Counted from the first letter of the stretch, positions 29,124 through 40,926 are shown. The stretch is DNA of 64,000 nt from Minisyncoccia bacterium (GCA_044341565.1 JBIIRM010000003.1:45187-109186); one strand, 5' to 3'. Numbers and translations are program-made. The notes: generated by a model from the sequence alone, not told the origin.

Positions 29124-30743
29124 TTAATGCTTATATCCTTTACGAATATATTCTAATACCATGCGCTGCGTATTATAATAGCTTCCAATGAGGGATATTG
29201 CAGATCTTTGCATTCGGGTAAATTTTTCTCTATTATTATAAAATACATCTAGAGCATTCCCAATATTATCATACATACTATTGATTTCCTGATACTCATC
29301 TTCCCCCGATATTGTCCATCCATTAACATGATGTATACCACTTTCAGGCCACCAACCATCATAGGTGGATATATTGAGCACTCCATTGAGAGAGGCCTTC
29401 ATACCACTAGTTCCTGAGGCTTCATAGGATATACGAGGGGTATTAAGCCAAACATCTACACCACTAACAAGAAGTTTGGATAGCTCAATATTATAATTGG
29501 GTAAATATATAATTTTGAGATAATCATTAGAATGTTCCCGAGCAATATCTAATATTCGTTTAATAATATCAAATCCTACATTATCGGTGTGATAGGCCTT
29601 CCCTGCAAAAATAATATTAAGTCCTTTATATTGCTCAGCAAGTTTAGCCAGTCTCTCAATATCAGAAAATATAAGATGAGCTCTTTTGTACTCAGTAGCA
29701 CGACGGGCAAATCCTATGGTGAAGGCATTGGGTAGAAAATTGATATCAGGCTGTTGTTTGAGATATTCAGCTAATATATCTTTATTGATTTGATGAGCTT
29801 GTTGTATATCAGCAATTGGAATCCCATCAATATAGCGTAAAATTTCTGGATGTGTTTCCCAGCTAGGATAATATGATTGAAATACTTTATTCATAGATTC
29901 AGAAATCCAAGTAGGACTATGAATTCCATTAGTAATAGAATCAATTATGTGTTCTGGGAACATAGCCTGAGATACTTCTTGATGTTTTTGGGAGACGGCA
30001 TTAGAATAATCAGCAAGAGACAAAGCAAGTCGCGTAAGATTAATAGTATGCTCATCTTCAAAGGCATCTTTTGGTAAATGCTGTAATTGCTCTGATGTAC
30101 ATATTCCTTGTAACCATTCTATAGGAAGACGAGTATGCCCGCCCAGAAGGGGAGTATGAGTAGTGAATACTACCTGAGAAATAGGATGATCAATCACCAG
30201 TGAAATAAGGGCACTATGGCTTTCATTGAGATGAAAGGTATCAATATTATTAAGCCCAAGACTATCAAGAGCATATTTGCTCCCAAGTCCTAATATGAGT
30301 AATTGTCTTCTGAATATTTCGGGATCTGGGGAATATACTTTATCGGAAACTGCTCTGAATAAATCTGAATTCTCAGGTAAATCAGTATCTAATAAAAGTA
30401 TGGATACTGATTTATTAGAAAGAGAAGAAGTATAACTATATTCCCAAATATTGATTTGTACGGTTTCCTTTGCAAATTGAATACTTGTTTTCCCAATTAG
30501 ATTGAGTAATTTGGTATAATCCCATTCTTGAGGATTTGCAATTTGCCCTTGCTCAGCATCTAATACTTGGTCTAGATATCCATGTTTATATAATATCCCA
30601 ACACCAATTACAGGAAGTCCCAAATCAGCAAAACTTTTCATAGTGTCTCCAGCCAAAATTCCAAGACCTCCAGTATAAATTTTGATATCATCAGAAAACC
30701 CAAATTCCATACAGATATAGGCGGTACTCGGGATATAATTCAT
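29124..30743 (-). CDS. glgP: alpha-glucan phosphorylase
   Basis: YTGGLGILAGD, HLNESH, ARRATEYKR, EASGTSGMKA. Confidence 0.92.
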   Translation of the reverse strand: MNYIPSTAYICMEFGFSDDIKIYTGGLGILAGDTMKSFADLGLPVIGVGILYKHGYLDQVLDAEQGQIANPQEWDYTKLLNLIGKTSIQFAKETVQINIWEYSYTSSLSNKSVSILLLDTDLPENSDLFRAVSDKVYSPDPEIFRRQLLILGLGSKYALDSLGLNNIDTFHLNESHSALISLVIDHPISQVVFTTHTPLLGGHTRLPIEWLQGICTSEQLQHLPKDAFEDEHTINLTRLALSLADYSNAVSQKHQEVSQAMFPEHIIDSITNGIHSPTWISESMNKVFQSYYPSWETHPEILRYIDGIPIADIQQAHQINKDILAEYLKQQPDINFLPNAFTIGFARRATEYKRAHLIFSDIERLAKLAEQYKGLNIIFAGKAYHTDNVGFDIIKRILDIAREHSNDYLKIIYLPNYNIELSKLLVSGVDVWLNTPRISYEASGTSGMKASLNGVLNISTYDGWWPESGIHHVNGWTISGEDEYQEINSMYDNIGNALDVFYNNREKFTRMQRSAISLIGSYYNTQRMVLEYIRKGYKH

Positions 30744-30834
30744 TGTATTTGTATTATGTATATCTATTAGTATAGCATATTATTGGGATAACAAAAAATC
30801 CCCTTATCGGGGACATCTTGTTATGAGAGCTAAT

Positions 30835-31107
30835 TTAGATTACAGATACTGTTTTGATGATATGCTTTTTTCCAGTAAATGAAACTTTACGAGCTTTTCC
30901 AAATTCAATAACTCCATTTGCAATTGCATATAATGTGTCATCTGCTCCACGAGAAACATTTTTTCCAGCATGAAATTTAGTTCCACGTTGTCGAATAATG
31001 ATATTCCCTTTTTCTACTTTTTGTCCAGCATATAACTTAACTCCAAGATATTTTGGGTTTGAATCTCTACCTAAGGCTGTAGAACCACCAGCTTTTCTAT
31101 GTGCCAT
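30835..31107 (-). CDS. rpmA: 50S ribosomal protein L27
   Basis: [31 protein letters not shown]. Confidence 0.97.
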   Translation of the reverse strand: MAHRKAGGSTALGRDSNPKYLGVKLYAGQKVEKGNIIIRQRGTKFHAGKNVSRGADDTLYAIANGVIEFGKARKVSFTGKKHIIKTVSVI

Positions 31108-31144
31108 ATCAAATAATGTTACTATATATGGTATAATAATACAT

Positions 31145-31528
31145 ATGAAATACCAATTTGTCAAGAATAGTGAAATTGTACTGTTGATTATATCTGCAAT
31201 ATTGATAGGAGGGATTGCGTATTTTATTGGAAAAATTCAAACTTTAGAATCCCAACCAAATACAATACAAGTTGTGTATCCAGATGCTATTGCAATAAAA
31301 AAGGATACTATCAATACGTCTAATCAAGCCGCGGCCTCCATCAATAGTACTATTGAGACAAAATTACAAACAGGTAAAATTATAGCGAGTAAAAATGGAA
31401 AACGATATTATTATGAATCCTGTAGCGGTGTAAATCGTATTAAGCCAGAAAACAGAATATATTTTGATACGAAAGAACAAGCTGAAGCCAAGGGATTAAC
31501 TATTGCTTCTGGATGTAAAGCCTTATGA
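31145..31528 (+). CDS. membrane-anchored protein with Ada-type metal-binding domain
   Basis: ASKNGKRYY...C....RI...NRIYF....AE..G. Confidence 0.75.
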   Translation: MKYQFVKNSEIVLLIISAILIGGIAYFIGKIQTLESQPNTIQVVYPDAIAIKKDTINTSNQAAASINSTIETKLQTGKIIASKNGKRYYYESCSGVNRIKPENRIYFDTKEQAEAKGLTIASGCKAL

Positions 31529-32334
31529 GAAAAACCTATATTCCCCGAACATATACCAAAAAGAAATCACCTGCTCGCAAAGCAAATCGATTCATAGAAA
31601 TATTCCAATTTTTTATTTGGATTATATTTTTTGGGGGAATTGGATATGCCTTATATTCACCCATATTAAATATTGTGAATATAGATATTCGAGTAGATAA
31701 TGAAATATTACAAAAAAATATTAAATCAAAGTCTGAAGATTTAATACAAGCTCATAATCATTGGTATTATAATAATAAGAATATTCTCCTTGCTCGTAGT
31801 GATATTCTTGAGAGAGAATTACAAAAAGAATTCCCACAAATTAAACATATTACTATTAAAAGGACAATAAATCGTTCATTGGAACTCACCATTCAACTTA
31901 GAAATTCCTTATTCACTATTTGTGAAAATACTATCTGCTCCAATATTAGTGATGATGGCGTCAATATTGGTAATGATTCTCTATCGGCTTCACTCATATC
32001 ATTAACTGGGATTACTCCTAAGTCTCGTGGAGAAATTGTATTTTCAGAGAGAGAAATAGCTTGGTTTAAAACTATTGTGGAAATGTATAATCAAATTGAT
32101 GGCGTAAAAGTATCCTCAATTGCCATACAGCAAAAAGCAGAGAATAGAATATTGGGGGTATTCGTCTATACAGAACAAGGATATTATATTATGCTAGATT
32201 TAGATACAGATATTATTTATCAAGCAGGGGCTTTAAAACAAGTCTTTATATCCCAGCTGCCTCCAGATCAAAGGCCTAATCTTCAATATATTGATTTACG
32301 GGTAAAGGATAGAGTATATTATAAGTTTAAATAA
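31525..32334 (+). CDS. ftsQ: cell division protein FtsQ/DivIB-like
   Basis: Basic N-terminus, TM, POTRA-like region, C-terminal YIDLRVKDRVYYK. Confidence 0.75.
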   Translation: MRKTYIPRTYTKKKSPARKANRFIEIFQFFIWIIFFGGIGYALYSPILNIVNIDIRVDNEILQKNIKSKSEDLIQAHNHWYYNNKNILLARSDILERELQKEFPQIKHITIKRTINRSLELTIQLRNSLFTICENTICSNISDDGVNIGNDSLSASLISLTGITPKSRGEIVFSEREIAWFKTIVEMYNQIDGVKVSSIAIQQKAENRILGVFVYTEQGYYIMLDLDTDIIYQAGALKQVFISQLPPDQRPNLQYIDLRVKDRVYYKFK

Positions 32335-32337
32335 TGT

Positions 32338-34131
32338 ATGAAACAGCATATTATCAAGTGGTATAATAAAATTCCCCTATGGGGATATGTTTTAGGTATT
32401 ACGATAATACTTGCTGTGTTGGCATTTGGATCAAGTGCTGGAGATTCGTTAACAGTTGATGAAAGTCCTCATATTGGAGCTGGATATTCATATATTGCAA
32501 AGGGGGATTATCGACTGAATCCAGAACATCCACCTTTATTAAAAATGTTATCAGGGTCTTCTATTTGGCTTGGAGCAAAGCTCACGGGGAATACCGTTAA
32601 TTTCCCAGATACTATTCCTGCTTGGACAGAAAAGGTTAATGCCCAATGGGATATTGGATATGCATTTCTCTTTCAATCAGGTAATGATGCTAATACTATT
32701 ATATGGTGGGCTCGACTACCAACTATATTGATATTACTTTTAGGGGGGATTTATTTGACCTATTCGGTATATTATCATACTAAGAGTAAAGCTATTAGTG
32801 TTATTAGCATTATATTATATGCATTTTCTCCTAATGTAATTGCTCACGGACGTCTTGTGACAACTGATATTATTGCAAGTATATCATTTATTATTGCTAT
32901 TGATATTTGGGTGCGTTATCTCAAAAATCCTACCATTAAATATATTGGTTTACTTATTGTAGCTATATCATTTGCCTTTTTGTCTAAATTTTCTACTATT
33001 CTTTTTTTGCCATTATTTTTTGTGACCGGATTTGGGTATATTGCAGTAAAGTATTGGGGTAAAAAAAATATAATACGTAAAGGTGGTATTCTATTGCGAG
33101 ATGCTCTTATTATAGCTATGGGAGTATTTGTAATTATCAATGGAGTATATTATTATACTATGCGAAATATGAGTGTTGATACACAAATGAAATTAATTCA
33201 AGAATCATTCCCGCAAGATAATGCTATATCTCAAATTACAAAAAACAGTTTATCCCAGGTGGTTAATACTCCAGGGCTACAATATTTTGGACAATATCTT
33301 TTAGGTCAGTCTATGGCAATACAAAGAGTAGGTGGGGGGAATACTACCTTTTTATTAGGGAGATTTACTAATCAGAGTTTTACTGAATATTTTCCAATCA
33401 CCTATATATTAAAAGAACATTTAGGTATACTTGCGGTGTTAGCAAGCTTACTACTAGTGAGTATAGTTCTTGGGATTCGAGCTATTCAGCATAAAAAGTT
33501 GAAATTCAATAGAAAATGGTTGCTCAAATACTGGTATGAATGGACGATAATCACTATGATACTCTTATATTGGTTTATTAGTATAAGAGGGAATTTGAAT
33601 CTTGGAATACGACATATATTACCTGCCGTCATATTAACTTATATAATTATTGCTATTGGAATTGTACGTATATTATTACCTTTGAAATTTTCAAAAATAA
33701 TTCTTGGTATATTTTTGATATGGTATATTGCTGCCACATTACTTACATATCCTTCTTATCTCTCTCATTTAAATGTATTGGCAGGTCATGATCAAGGCTA
33801 TCAAATCTTTACTGATTCTAATCTTGATTGGGGTCAGGACTTAAAACGATTGCATACATGGACGAAAGAGCAAAATATTGATACACTATATATAGATTAT
33901 TTTGGAACTGGAGATGTGAAATATTATCTTCCAGATATCAATATAATACCAGTAAAATCGAATGATGGACCTAAAATTGGCTATACTGCAATTAGTGCGA
34001 CTATGTTTCAAGATTCATTTTATCTGAAACAAAAAAATCCAAATTATCAAGAATATTGGTGGTTAGCATGGAAAAAGCCAGATTATATTATTGGGAATTC
34101 CATATTAATTTATTATAATAGCAGATATTAA
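32338..34131 (+). CDS. GT-C (PMT/ArnT-like) glycosyltransferase
   Basis: TVDE.PHI, NPEHPPL.K, DSNLDWGQDL, multi-TM. Confidence 0.85.
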   Translation: MKQHIIKWYNKIPLWGYVLGITIILAVLAFGSSAGDSLTVDESPHIGAGYSYIAKGDYRLNPEHPPLLKMLSGSSIWLGAKLTGNTVNFPDTIPAWTEKVNAQWDIGYAFLFQSGNDANTIIWWARLPTILILLLGGIYLTYSVYYHTKSKAISVISIILYAFSPNVIAHGRLVTTDIIASISFIIAIDIWVRYLKNPTIKYIGLLIVAISFAFLSKFSTILFLPLFFVTGFGYIAVKYWGKKNIIRKGGILLRDALIIAMGVFVIINGVYYYTMRNMSVDTQMKLIQESFPQDNAISQITKNSLSQVVNTPGLQYFGQYLLGQSMAIQRVGGGNTTFLLGRFTNQSFTEYFPITYILKEHLGILAVLASLLLVSIVLGIRAIQHKKLKFNRKWLLKYWYEWTIITMILLYWFISIRGNLNLGIRHILPAVILTYIIIAIGIVRILLPLKFSKIILGIFLIWYIAATLLTYPSYLSHLNVLAGHDQGYQIFTDSNLDWGQDLKRLHTWTKEQNIDTLYIDYFGTGDVKYYLPDINIIPVKSNDGPKIGYTAISATMFQDSFYLKQKNPNYQEYWWLAWKKPDYIIGNSILIYYNSRY

Positions 34132-34135
34132 TTCC

Positions 34136-34597
34136 ATGGCAGAAATACAAAACAATTCAGAATCAATACCCCCACTAGAACACAATACTCCATCAGAACA
34201 AAGTATTGAGCGTAATTTCGAACAAATTACTCCTTTAGAGCAAAATAATCCAGTGGTGGAAAAGCATATAGAGAGTTCAGCATATCAGGAGGCGCAAACT
34301 CATATCAAACAAGTAGTAGAAGAACAAAAAGTTGTACATCAACAAAATCCTATTGCAAAACCTTTATCTCCAAAATTACAAGAAAAATATGGATGGTTAT
34401 TATCAATTCCAGAAGAGACAAGAACAGAAGTTTCTGTTAAATTGATTACCACAAAAGGTAAAGATATATTAGAGGTAATACATGCTTTTTTAGCTATTGA
34501 AGATTATGTAGGATTAGATAGATTGGAGGAATCTCTAAATGAAGTCTATCCAACTTTGATTCAAGAAGGTATACTAACAGATATACACGATAAATAA
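34136..34597 (+). CDS. hypothetical protein
   Basis: E/Q-rich ORF in operon context. Confidence 0.6.
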   Translation: MAEIQNNSESIPPLEHNTPSEQSIERNFEQITPLEQNNPVVEKHIESSAYQEAQTHIKQVVEEQKVVHQQNPIAKPLSPKLQEKYGWLLSIPEETRTEVSVKLITTKGKDILEVIHAFLAIEDYVGLDRLEESLNEVYPTLIQEGILTDIHDK

Positions 34598-34605
34598 ATA
34601 TCAAT

Positions 34606-37029
34606 ATGATAATTGTACTCTATGTACTGCTGGTGCTATGGGTTATTGCTATAACATTTATTATAGCAACGGTTATTATACATCCATTTTGGGAAAAACG
34701 TCGTATTAATCGGGGACTTGCAATGACACAATATCAAATTATTGTACCTCGCAATATCCCTAATCCAGAAGCTAATATCAAAGATTTAATTAGTGTGATG
34801 GAACAGGTATATGCGGGGTTCTCTTATCTCAAATTAGAGAAATTAGTCAATCGTCTTAGATATGGGAGTCCTTATATTTCTCTTGAAATTGTAAGCCCTA
34901 CCGAGCGAGATGAAATTAATTTTTATATTGGAGTTCCAAAAGGGTATGAATCTATTTTTGAAAAACAAATTCATGGAGTATATCCAGAAGCTGAGCTGAA
35001 GCATATTACTGATTATAATGTATTAATCCCTGAAGGAGAAATTCGGGCCGGATACTTACAGCTTAAAAAACCCTATATTCTCCCTATTAGAACCTATAAA
35101 GAATTAGAAACTAATCCTTTGAATGTGATTACCTCGGCTCTGTCTAAAATTCAGGAAGATGAAAGTGCAGTGGTACAGATTTTAATACAAAGAGTATCGG
35201 ATGATTGGAGTAGTAGTGGTAAGAAGGTAGTGAAGAAAATGCAAAAAGGAGAAAGCTTCAAAAATGCATATAATGAAGTTTTTGGGGGGATTGATAAGCA
35301 ATTTTTGAAAACTTTAGGTTCTGCTACAAAGTCTAAATCAACGGAAGTCTCTGAGCCAAAAATGTTAAGTCCTCAAGAGTCTATTATGATGGAGAAAATT
35401 AGTCAAAAAACAGGTAAAATTGCCTATGCGACTAATATTAGATTATTAACTATATCTCGAGATAGCCAAAGAGCAGATGTATTATTTGATCAATTAGAGG
35501 GTGCTTTTTCTCAATTTGCCAATGGAGATCTGAATCAATTTAAAGTAATCAAATATCCTATAAAGAATATTAAACAATTTATTTATACCTTTATATTCCG
35601 ATTATTCTCAGTAAAAGAATCAATGTTATTAAATAGTGAGGAATTGACGAGTATATATCATATTCCTGCTGTGGGAGTGGAGACTCCAAAAGTAACTTGG
35701 ATTACTTCTAAAACCTCACATCCTCCAGTTGATTTGCCAAAGGAAGGATTATTATTAGGGAAGAATATATATCGTGGTGAAGAAATTGAGGTAAGAATTG
35801 CAGAAGAGGATAGGAGACGTCATATGTATCTTATTGGACAAACAGGAACAGGTAAAAGTTCTTTGATGAAAAAAATGATACAAGAAGATTTGCAAGCAGG
35901 ACATGGTCTTGCTCTATTAGATCCTAATGGAGATTTTGCCGTGGAAGTATTGGGTATGATTCCAGAGCATCGTATGCAAGATGTGATTTATTTTAATCCT
36001 GCTGATACTAATTATCCTATGGGACTTAATATTCTGGAAGCCCGCACACATGAGGAAAAAGATTTCTTGATACAAGAAATGATTTCTATTTTTTATAAAT
36101 TGGTATCTGATCCAAGTATGATAGGGCCAATATTTGAGCATAATATGCGAATGGCAATGTCAGCTTTAATGTCAGATGTCAATAATCCAAGAACTCTAGT
36201 AGAAATACCTCTTATGTTTACTGATGAGGCATTTAGGAGACAAGTATTATTAACAGTTGACGATCCTGTCATACGGCATTTTTGGGAAAAAGAATTTCCT
36301 GCTACACAAAAAGGTTCACAAGCAGGGGATACACTTGGGTATCTATTAAGTAAATTGGGCCGATTTATTGAAAATGAAATGGTGCGTAATATTATTGGGC
36401 AATCTCGTTCAGCCTTTGATTTTCAAGATATTATGAATTCAGGTAAAATTTTGATTGGTAATCTTTCTAAAGGAGGGTTGGGGGAACAAAATAGTAATTT
36501 ATTAGGTATGTTGCTGGTATCCAAATTACAAATGGCAGCCTTTAAGCGAAATGAAATTCCAGAAGAACAGAGAAGAGATTTTTATTTGTATTTAGATGAG
36601 TTTCAAAACTTTACCACAGATAGTATATCTACCATTCTCTCTGAGGCTCGCAAATATCGATTATGTCTCATATTGGCCCATCAATATATAGGACAATTAT
36701 CTGAGGGGATAAAGAATGCAGTATTTGGGAATGTGGGTACTGTGGTAAGTTTCCGTATTGGATCCGAGGATGCTGAAATTATTGCTCAGCGTATGCAACC
36801 ATATTATAGTGCTGAGGATTTAGTGTCAATTGACAATCTAAAGTCAGTAATAACCTTGATGATACAGGGTAAGACCAGTAAAGCTTTTAATATGGATATT
36901 ATATTCGCTGATAAGACGAATGCATCTTTACAACAACGGGTAATATTAGAGTCTCGCAATAAATATGCCAAGCCGGCAGCTGAAATACGAGCGGATATAT
37001 CGAGTCGTACGCAAAGTATGTTCGAATAG
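34606..37029 (+). CDS. membrane-anchored VirB4/TraG/HerA-like P-loop ATPase
   Basis: DRRRHMYLIGQTGTGKS, YLDEFQNF, SEARKYRL.L.LAHQ. Confidence 0.88.
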   Translation: MIIVLYVLLVLWVIAITFIIATVIIHPFWEKRRINRGLAMTQYQIIVPRNIPNPEANIKDLISVMEQVYAGFSYLKLEKLVNRLRYGSPYISLEIVSPTERDEINFYIGVPKGYESIFEKQIHGVYPEAELKHITDYNVLIPEGEIRAGYLQLKKPYILPIRTYKELETNPLNVITSALSKIQEDESAVVQILIQRVSDDWSSSGKKVVKKMQKGESFKNAYNEVFGGIDKQFLKTLGSATKSKSTEVSEPKMLSPQESIMMEKISQKTGKIAYATNIRLLTISRDSQRADVLFDQLEGAFSQFANGDLNQFKVIKYPIKNIKQFIYTFIFRLFSVKESMLLNSEELTSIYHIPAVGVETPKVTWITSKTSHPPVDLPKEGLLLGKNIYRGEEIEVRIAEEDRRRHMYLIGQTGTGKSSLMKKMIQEDLQAGHGLALLDPNGDFAVEVLGMIPEHRMQDVIYFNPADTNYPMGLNILEARTHEEKDFLIQEMISIFYKLVSDPSMIGPIFEHNMRMAMSALMSDVNNPRTLVEIPLMFTDEAFRRQVLLTVDDPVIRHFWEKEFPATQKGSQAGDTLGYLLSKLGRFIENEMVRNIIGQSRSAFDFQDIMNSGKILIGNLSKGGLGEQNSNLLGMLLVSKLQMAAFKRNEIPEEQRRDFYLYLDEFQNFTTDSISTILSEARKYRLCLILAHQYIGQLSEGIKNAVFGNVGTVVSFRIGSEDAEIIAQRMQPYYSAEDLVSIDNLKSVITLMIQGKTSKAFNMDIIFADKTNASLQQRVILESRNKYAKPAAEIRADISSRTQSMFE

Positions 37030-37084
37030 AAATATAGCTAGTATATGATATACTTAATAGTATATTGAAATTATAATAGAGATT

Positions 37085-38059
37085 ATGAGTAATATTTGTC
37101 TTACAGGAATACAGCCGACAGGAAAATTACATATTGGGAATTATTTTGGGGCAATGAAACCTCTATTAGAATTGTCACAGAATTCTGAAATTGATAGCAT
37201 ATTTATTTTTGTGGCGAATCTTCATGCTCTTAATAGTATTAAAGATGCGGAGACATTAAAGGCTTATACTACTGATATTGTACTTGATTATCTTGCTTTG
37301 GGGCTCGATATCAATAAAACCAGTTTATTCCTACAATCAGATATACGAGAGCTTACTGAGCTTACTTGGATATTCAATAATCTTGTTAGTGTTGCCTATC
37401 TCGAGCGTTCACATGCCTATAAAGATGCTATTGCTAATGGGAAAGAGGCAAGTATGGGATTATTTGATTATCCGGTATTAATGGCAGCAGATATATTATT
37501 ATATAAATCAACTATTGTACCCGTAGGGCAAGATCAAAAACAACATATTGAGATAGCACAAAAAATTGCAGATAAATTTAATTCTCAATATGGAGAAATT
37601 TTTATTAGACCAAAGCCCTATATTCAATTAGACACTGCTATTGTACAGGGACTTGATGGGAGGAAAATGAGTAAATCATATAAGAATACCATAGAATTAT
37701 TTGAAGCTGAGGATAGTATTCGCTTAAAAGTGAGTAAAATAATTACAGACTCCAAAGCACCAAATGAACCAAAAGACCCAACAAACTGTAATATATTATC
37801 TTTATATCGTCTATTTGCATCTCCAGAGGAAATTACTCATATTGAGGGTCAATATCGAGAGGGGACTATATCATATCGTGAAGCAAAAGAATTATTAGCT
37901 GAAGCAATTTTAAGCTATTTTGCCGCTATTCGCCAAAAGCGACAAGAATTATTATCACAACCAGAATATATACAAGATATATTACATAAAGGATCTCAAA
38001 ATGCTCAAACTATTGCAAAAGAAACTATGAATCAAGTTCGACAAGTAGTAGGTATATAA
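37085..38059 (+). CDS. trpS: tryptophan--tRNA ligase
   Basis: QPTGKLHIGNY, YPVLMAADIL, VGQDQ, KMSKS. Confidence 0.95.
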   Translation: MSNICLTGIQPTGKLHIGNYFGAMKPLLELSQNSEIDSIFIFVANLHALNSIKDAETLKAYTTDIVLDYLALGLDINKTSLFLQSDIRELTELTWIFNNLVSVAYLERSHAYKDAIANGKEASMGLFDYPVLMAADILLYKSTIVPVGQDQKQHIEIAQKIADKFNSQYGEIFIRPKPYIQLDTAIVQGLDGRKMSKSYKNTIELFEAEDSIRLKVSKIITDSKAPNEPKDPTNCNILSLYRLFASPEEITHIEGQYREGTISYREAKELLAEAILSYFAAIRQKRQELLSQPEYIQDILHKGSQNAQTIAKETMNQVRQVVGI

Positions 38060-38065
38060 TAAAAA

Positions 38066-39676
38066 TTATAAACTATCTTTAAAGATATCAGCAATGGTAT
38101 CATTCATATCTTTTGGCTCATCATTGTCTATTGAATGAGAGAGTTCATAGTTATGAGCTGGAGCGGTGATTTTTTGCGCAATAAAATTAATACCAACAAT
38201 GGATTCTATAAATTCAGCAATACTATCTAATATAATATTGCTATGTTTTTCTAATCTATCTCGATAAAAATTAGACTCAACTGCAATAGTTAAGGTTTCA
38301 TCAGATAATTCAATAGGTTGGGTTTTAGCAAATATAACACTAAGACTTTTATTTGATTTGCTAAGAGACTTATTAATTTCAGGATAGAGTTTTTGGACAT
38401 TATCAATATCAGGAGATACAGTTTTTCTGATGGGAGCTGGAGCTTTGATCTCAGCTTTAATAGGTTCTTGTATTTTAGGTTCGATTTCATATTTAGCTTT
38501 AGACTCTTTAATCTCGGTTTTTGTGATAGATTTTTTTAATTCTTTTGTCCTAGGGATAGTATCAATTTCAGTATCAGATGGGGGAGTATTCTGGCCCCAT
38601 ATTTGAGCAATAATTAATTCTAGGGGTAAATAGGGGATATAGGCAGAATGAGTTTGAGATTTTACTCTTTCTAATTCTTGTATGAATATAATAATTTTTG
38701 ACTGAGTAATAGCTTTAGAGAGCTTGGTAAGCTTATCATACTCAGACTCTAATAATGGGCTTATATCAAGTAAATTAGGGCTAATTTGTATCAGGAATAT
38801 TGAATGAGATATGGTCAGTAAGTTCAATAACAATTGTGGTATTCCAAATCCCTCATCATAAAGATTATGAATATGTCTAATGGCGGGATACAAATCTCCC
38901 TTGGAGAGAAATTCTAATAATGTATAGGCTTCAAAATAGGAGTTTTTACCAAGAATTGTGGAGGCAAATTCAGTATTAATATCTTTTATTCCAGAGGAAA
39001 TAAGTTTGCCCAAAATACTCTCAGCATCTCTGGCTCCTCCCATAGCCTGTAGGATAATTTGATTTACAACGGAGTCATCAATAGTAACTTTTTCGGCTTT
39101 TGTAATATACAGAATTTTTTCTCTAAGCTCAGCTGAAGATAGGGGTTTGAAATCAAATTTTTGTACACGAGACAAAATGGTAGGGAGCATTTTATGGGCA
39201 TCGGTTGTGGCGAGTATAAATATGGTGTTCTTGGGAGGTTCTTCAAGTGTCTTTAATAATGCATTAGATGCATCCTTGGTGAGCATATGAGACTCATCAA
39301 TAATATAAATTTTATATCCATTTTTTTGAGAGGGGGCAAAGCGTACCGCTTCCTTGAGATTGCGAATCTCATCAATACCACGATTAGAAGCAGCATCTAT
39401 TTCAATCAAATCAATAAAAGCATTATCATTAATTGCCTTACAATTATCACAACTATTACATGGTTCAGCAGAATTCTCTTTGCGCTTGAGACAATTGAGT
39501 GCCTTGGCAAAAATTCTTGCCATAGTAGTCTTACCTGTACCACGAGGCCCACTAAATAAATAAGAATGCACCGTACGATTATGAATAATGGCATTCTGAA
39601 GTGTGGTCTTCACAATTTCTTGTCCAACAATTTGTGTGAAAATCTGGGGTCTATAAGTTCGGTATAAGGCTGGCAT
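38066..39676 (-). CDS. dnaX: DNA polymerase III gamma/tau
   Basis: YRPQ.F, GPRGTGKT, EIDAASNRG, LLKTLEEPP. Confidence 0.95.
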   Translation of the reverse strand: MPALYRTYRPQIFTQIVGQEIVKTTLQNAIIHNRTVHSYLFSGPRGTGKTTMARIFAKALNCLKRKENSAEPCNSCDNCKAINDNAFIDLIEIDAASNRGIDEIRNLKEAVRFAPSQKNGYKIYIIDESHMLTKDASNALLKTLEEPPKNTIFILATTDAHKMLPTILSRVQKFDFKPLSSAELREKILYITKAEKVTIDDSVVNQIILQAMGGARDAESILGKLISSGIKDINTEFASTILGKNSYFEAYTLLEFLSKGDLYPAIRHIHNLYDEGFGIPQLLLNLLTISHSIFLIQISPNLLDISPLLESEYDKLTKLSKAITQSKIIIFIQELERVKSQTHSAYIPYLPLELIIAQIWGQNTPPSDTEIDTIPRTKELKKSITKTEIKESKAKYEIEPKIQEPIKAEIKAPAPIRKTVSPDIDNVQKLYPEINKSLSKSNKSLSVIFAKTQPIELSDETLTIAVESNFYRDRLEKHSNIILDSIAEFIESIVGINFIAQKITAPAHNYELSHSIDNDEPKDMNDTIADIFKDSL

Positions 39677-39687
39677 ATATCTGGGTA

Positions 39688-40134
39688 TTATTTACGGAAG
39701 ACAAAAAATTTATATCCAACAAAGCTCACAATCATTGATCCCCCTGTTCCTAATAGTTTACCAATAATTGCCGGATCTATCAATTGAGAGGGGATAAAAG
39801 ATAAGGATAATGGGAGGAGAATAGTTGCTGGCAATATTAATATGGTGAGTCTTAATATAGTAGTATTCACAATAAATCCTAAAGCATTTACCATGAGAAA
39901 ACTCCCAAATTCTCGAGGCTTGGTCTTTTTCTTATGCTGAAAGGTAATATATTTATTGGCAAAATAACTAAATATAATAGCAGTGATTACCGAGATAAGA
40001 TTAATATAGATAATTAGATGTGATTCATTAGAAATATTAAAGCTATATTTCAATAAAGCAAATACCCCGATATCAATCGAGGTATTCAGAATTCCAATAA
40101 TAGCAAAGAGTATTATTTCGCGATTTTTTACCAA
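39688..40134 (-). CDS. GtrA-family membrane protein
   Basis: FAIIG..NT.ID, NKY.TF, YKFFVF. Confidence 0.8.
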   Translation of the reverse strand: MVKNREIILFAIIGILNTSIDIGVFALLKYSFNISNESHLIIYINLISVITAIIFSYFANKYITFQHKKKTKPREFGSFLMVNALGFIVNTTILRLTILILPATILLPLSLSFIPSQLIDPAIIGKLLGTGGSMIVSFVGYKFFVFRK

Positions 40135-40820
40135 GGCTGTATTTTTAGTGGTTCATCAGAATTTTCTTCTTCAGATTTAGTATCCTCTGAAGCTTCCTCA
40201 AGAAGGGGAGTATCATCTACAATTTCTTCATCAATATCAATATTAGGAGCAACTTCTGGAGTATCATTGAGATTAGACGGTGCATTCGTATTTACAATTC
40301 CAAGTGCTTGAGCTGATACTACATTTTCAATAGCTGCCCATTCACTTTTTTTAGTAAGTGGGGTAAGAATAGTCACCTCATCACCAGGAGATAATCTAAA
40401 ATAAGTTACAGAAGCAGTTAAGAGTCGATATAATTCATCTCCAACTTTTGCAAAATAACTATTATCTTGATATATAATATTCCCAATAGCACGACGACGT
40501 GGAGCTGGTCCAATTTGCTTATAAATAAATGCTCCATCAGCCGTAATAGTAAGTTTTAATTGATCTCCTTCAATCAATTTAGATTTACTCGCATAATTGG
40601 CAGGGACTGGATATTGTTTTTTAGTATCATCTACCATATATTCACCGGTAAATTCTCCCAATACAACTTTTTCTGCTTGCCCTACTACACTCACATAGGA
40701 TTGATTAGCTCCTGCAACTTGAGTCAGCATAGCACGAGCTTGATTGAGCCGAGCTTCTGCTTCTTTTACGATTTGTTCTAACTCAGCAATTTGCTGAGAT
40801 TTGTCCTCAGTATTTGACAT
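40128..40820 (-). CDS. hypothetical protein
   Basis: G.F.GE.M...YPVPANYASKSKL.EGD.LKL motif, recalled from CPR genomes. Confidence 0.7.
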   Translation of the reverse strand: MSNTEDKSQQIAELEQIVKEAEARLNQARAMLTQVAGANQSYVSVVGQAEKVVLGEFTGEYMVDDTKKQYPVPANYASKSKLIEGDQLKLTITADGAFIYKQIGPAPRRRAIGNIIYQDNSYFAKVGDELYRLLTASVTYFRLSPGDEVTILTPLTKKSEWAAIENVVSAQALGIVNTNAPSNLNDTPEVAPNIDIDEEIVDDTPLLEEASEDTKSEEENSDEPLKIQPW

Positions 40821-40926
40821 ATCTGTGCTTTTATTTTGATATTATTACTACAATATTAGTATATCATATTGTAAATTTATTGACAAGGGGATGATGAAAT
40901 GGATATAATAGATTAGTTCGCATAAA

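Noticed and set aside
34606-37029. Conjugative element
   Set aside because: Lone VirB4/TraG-like ATPase among housekeeping genes, with no relaxase or other T4SS genes
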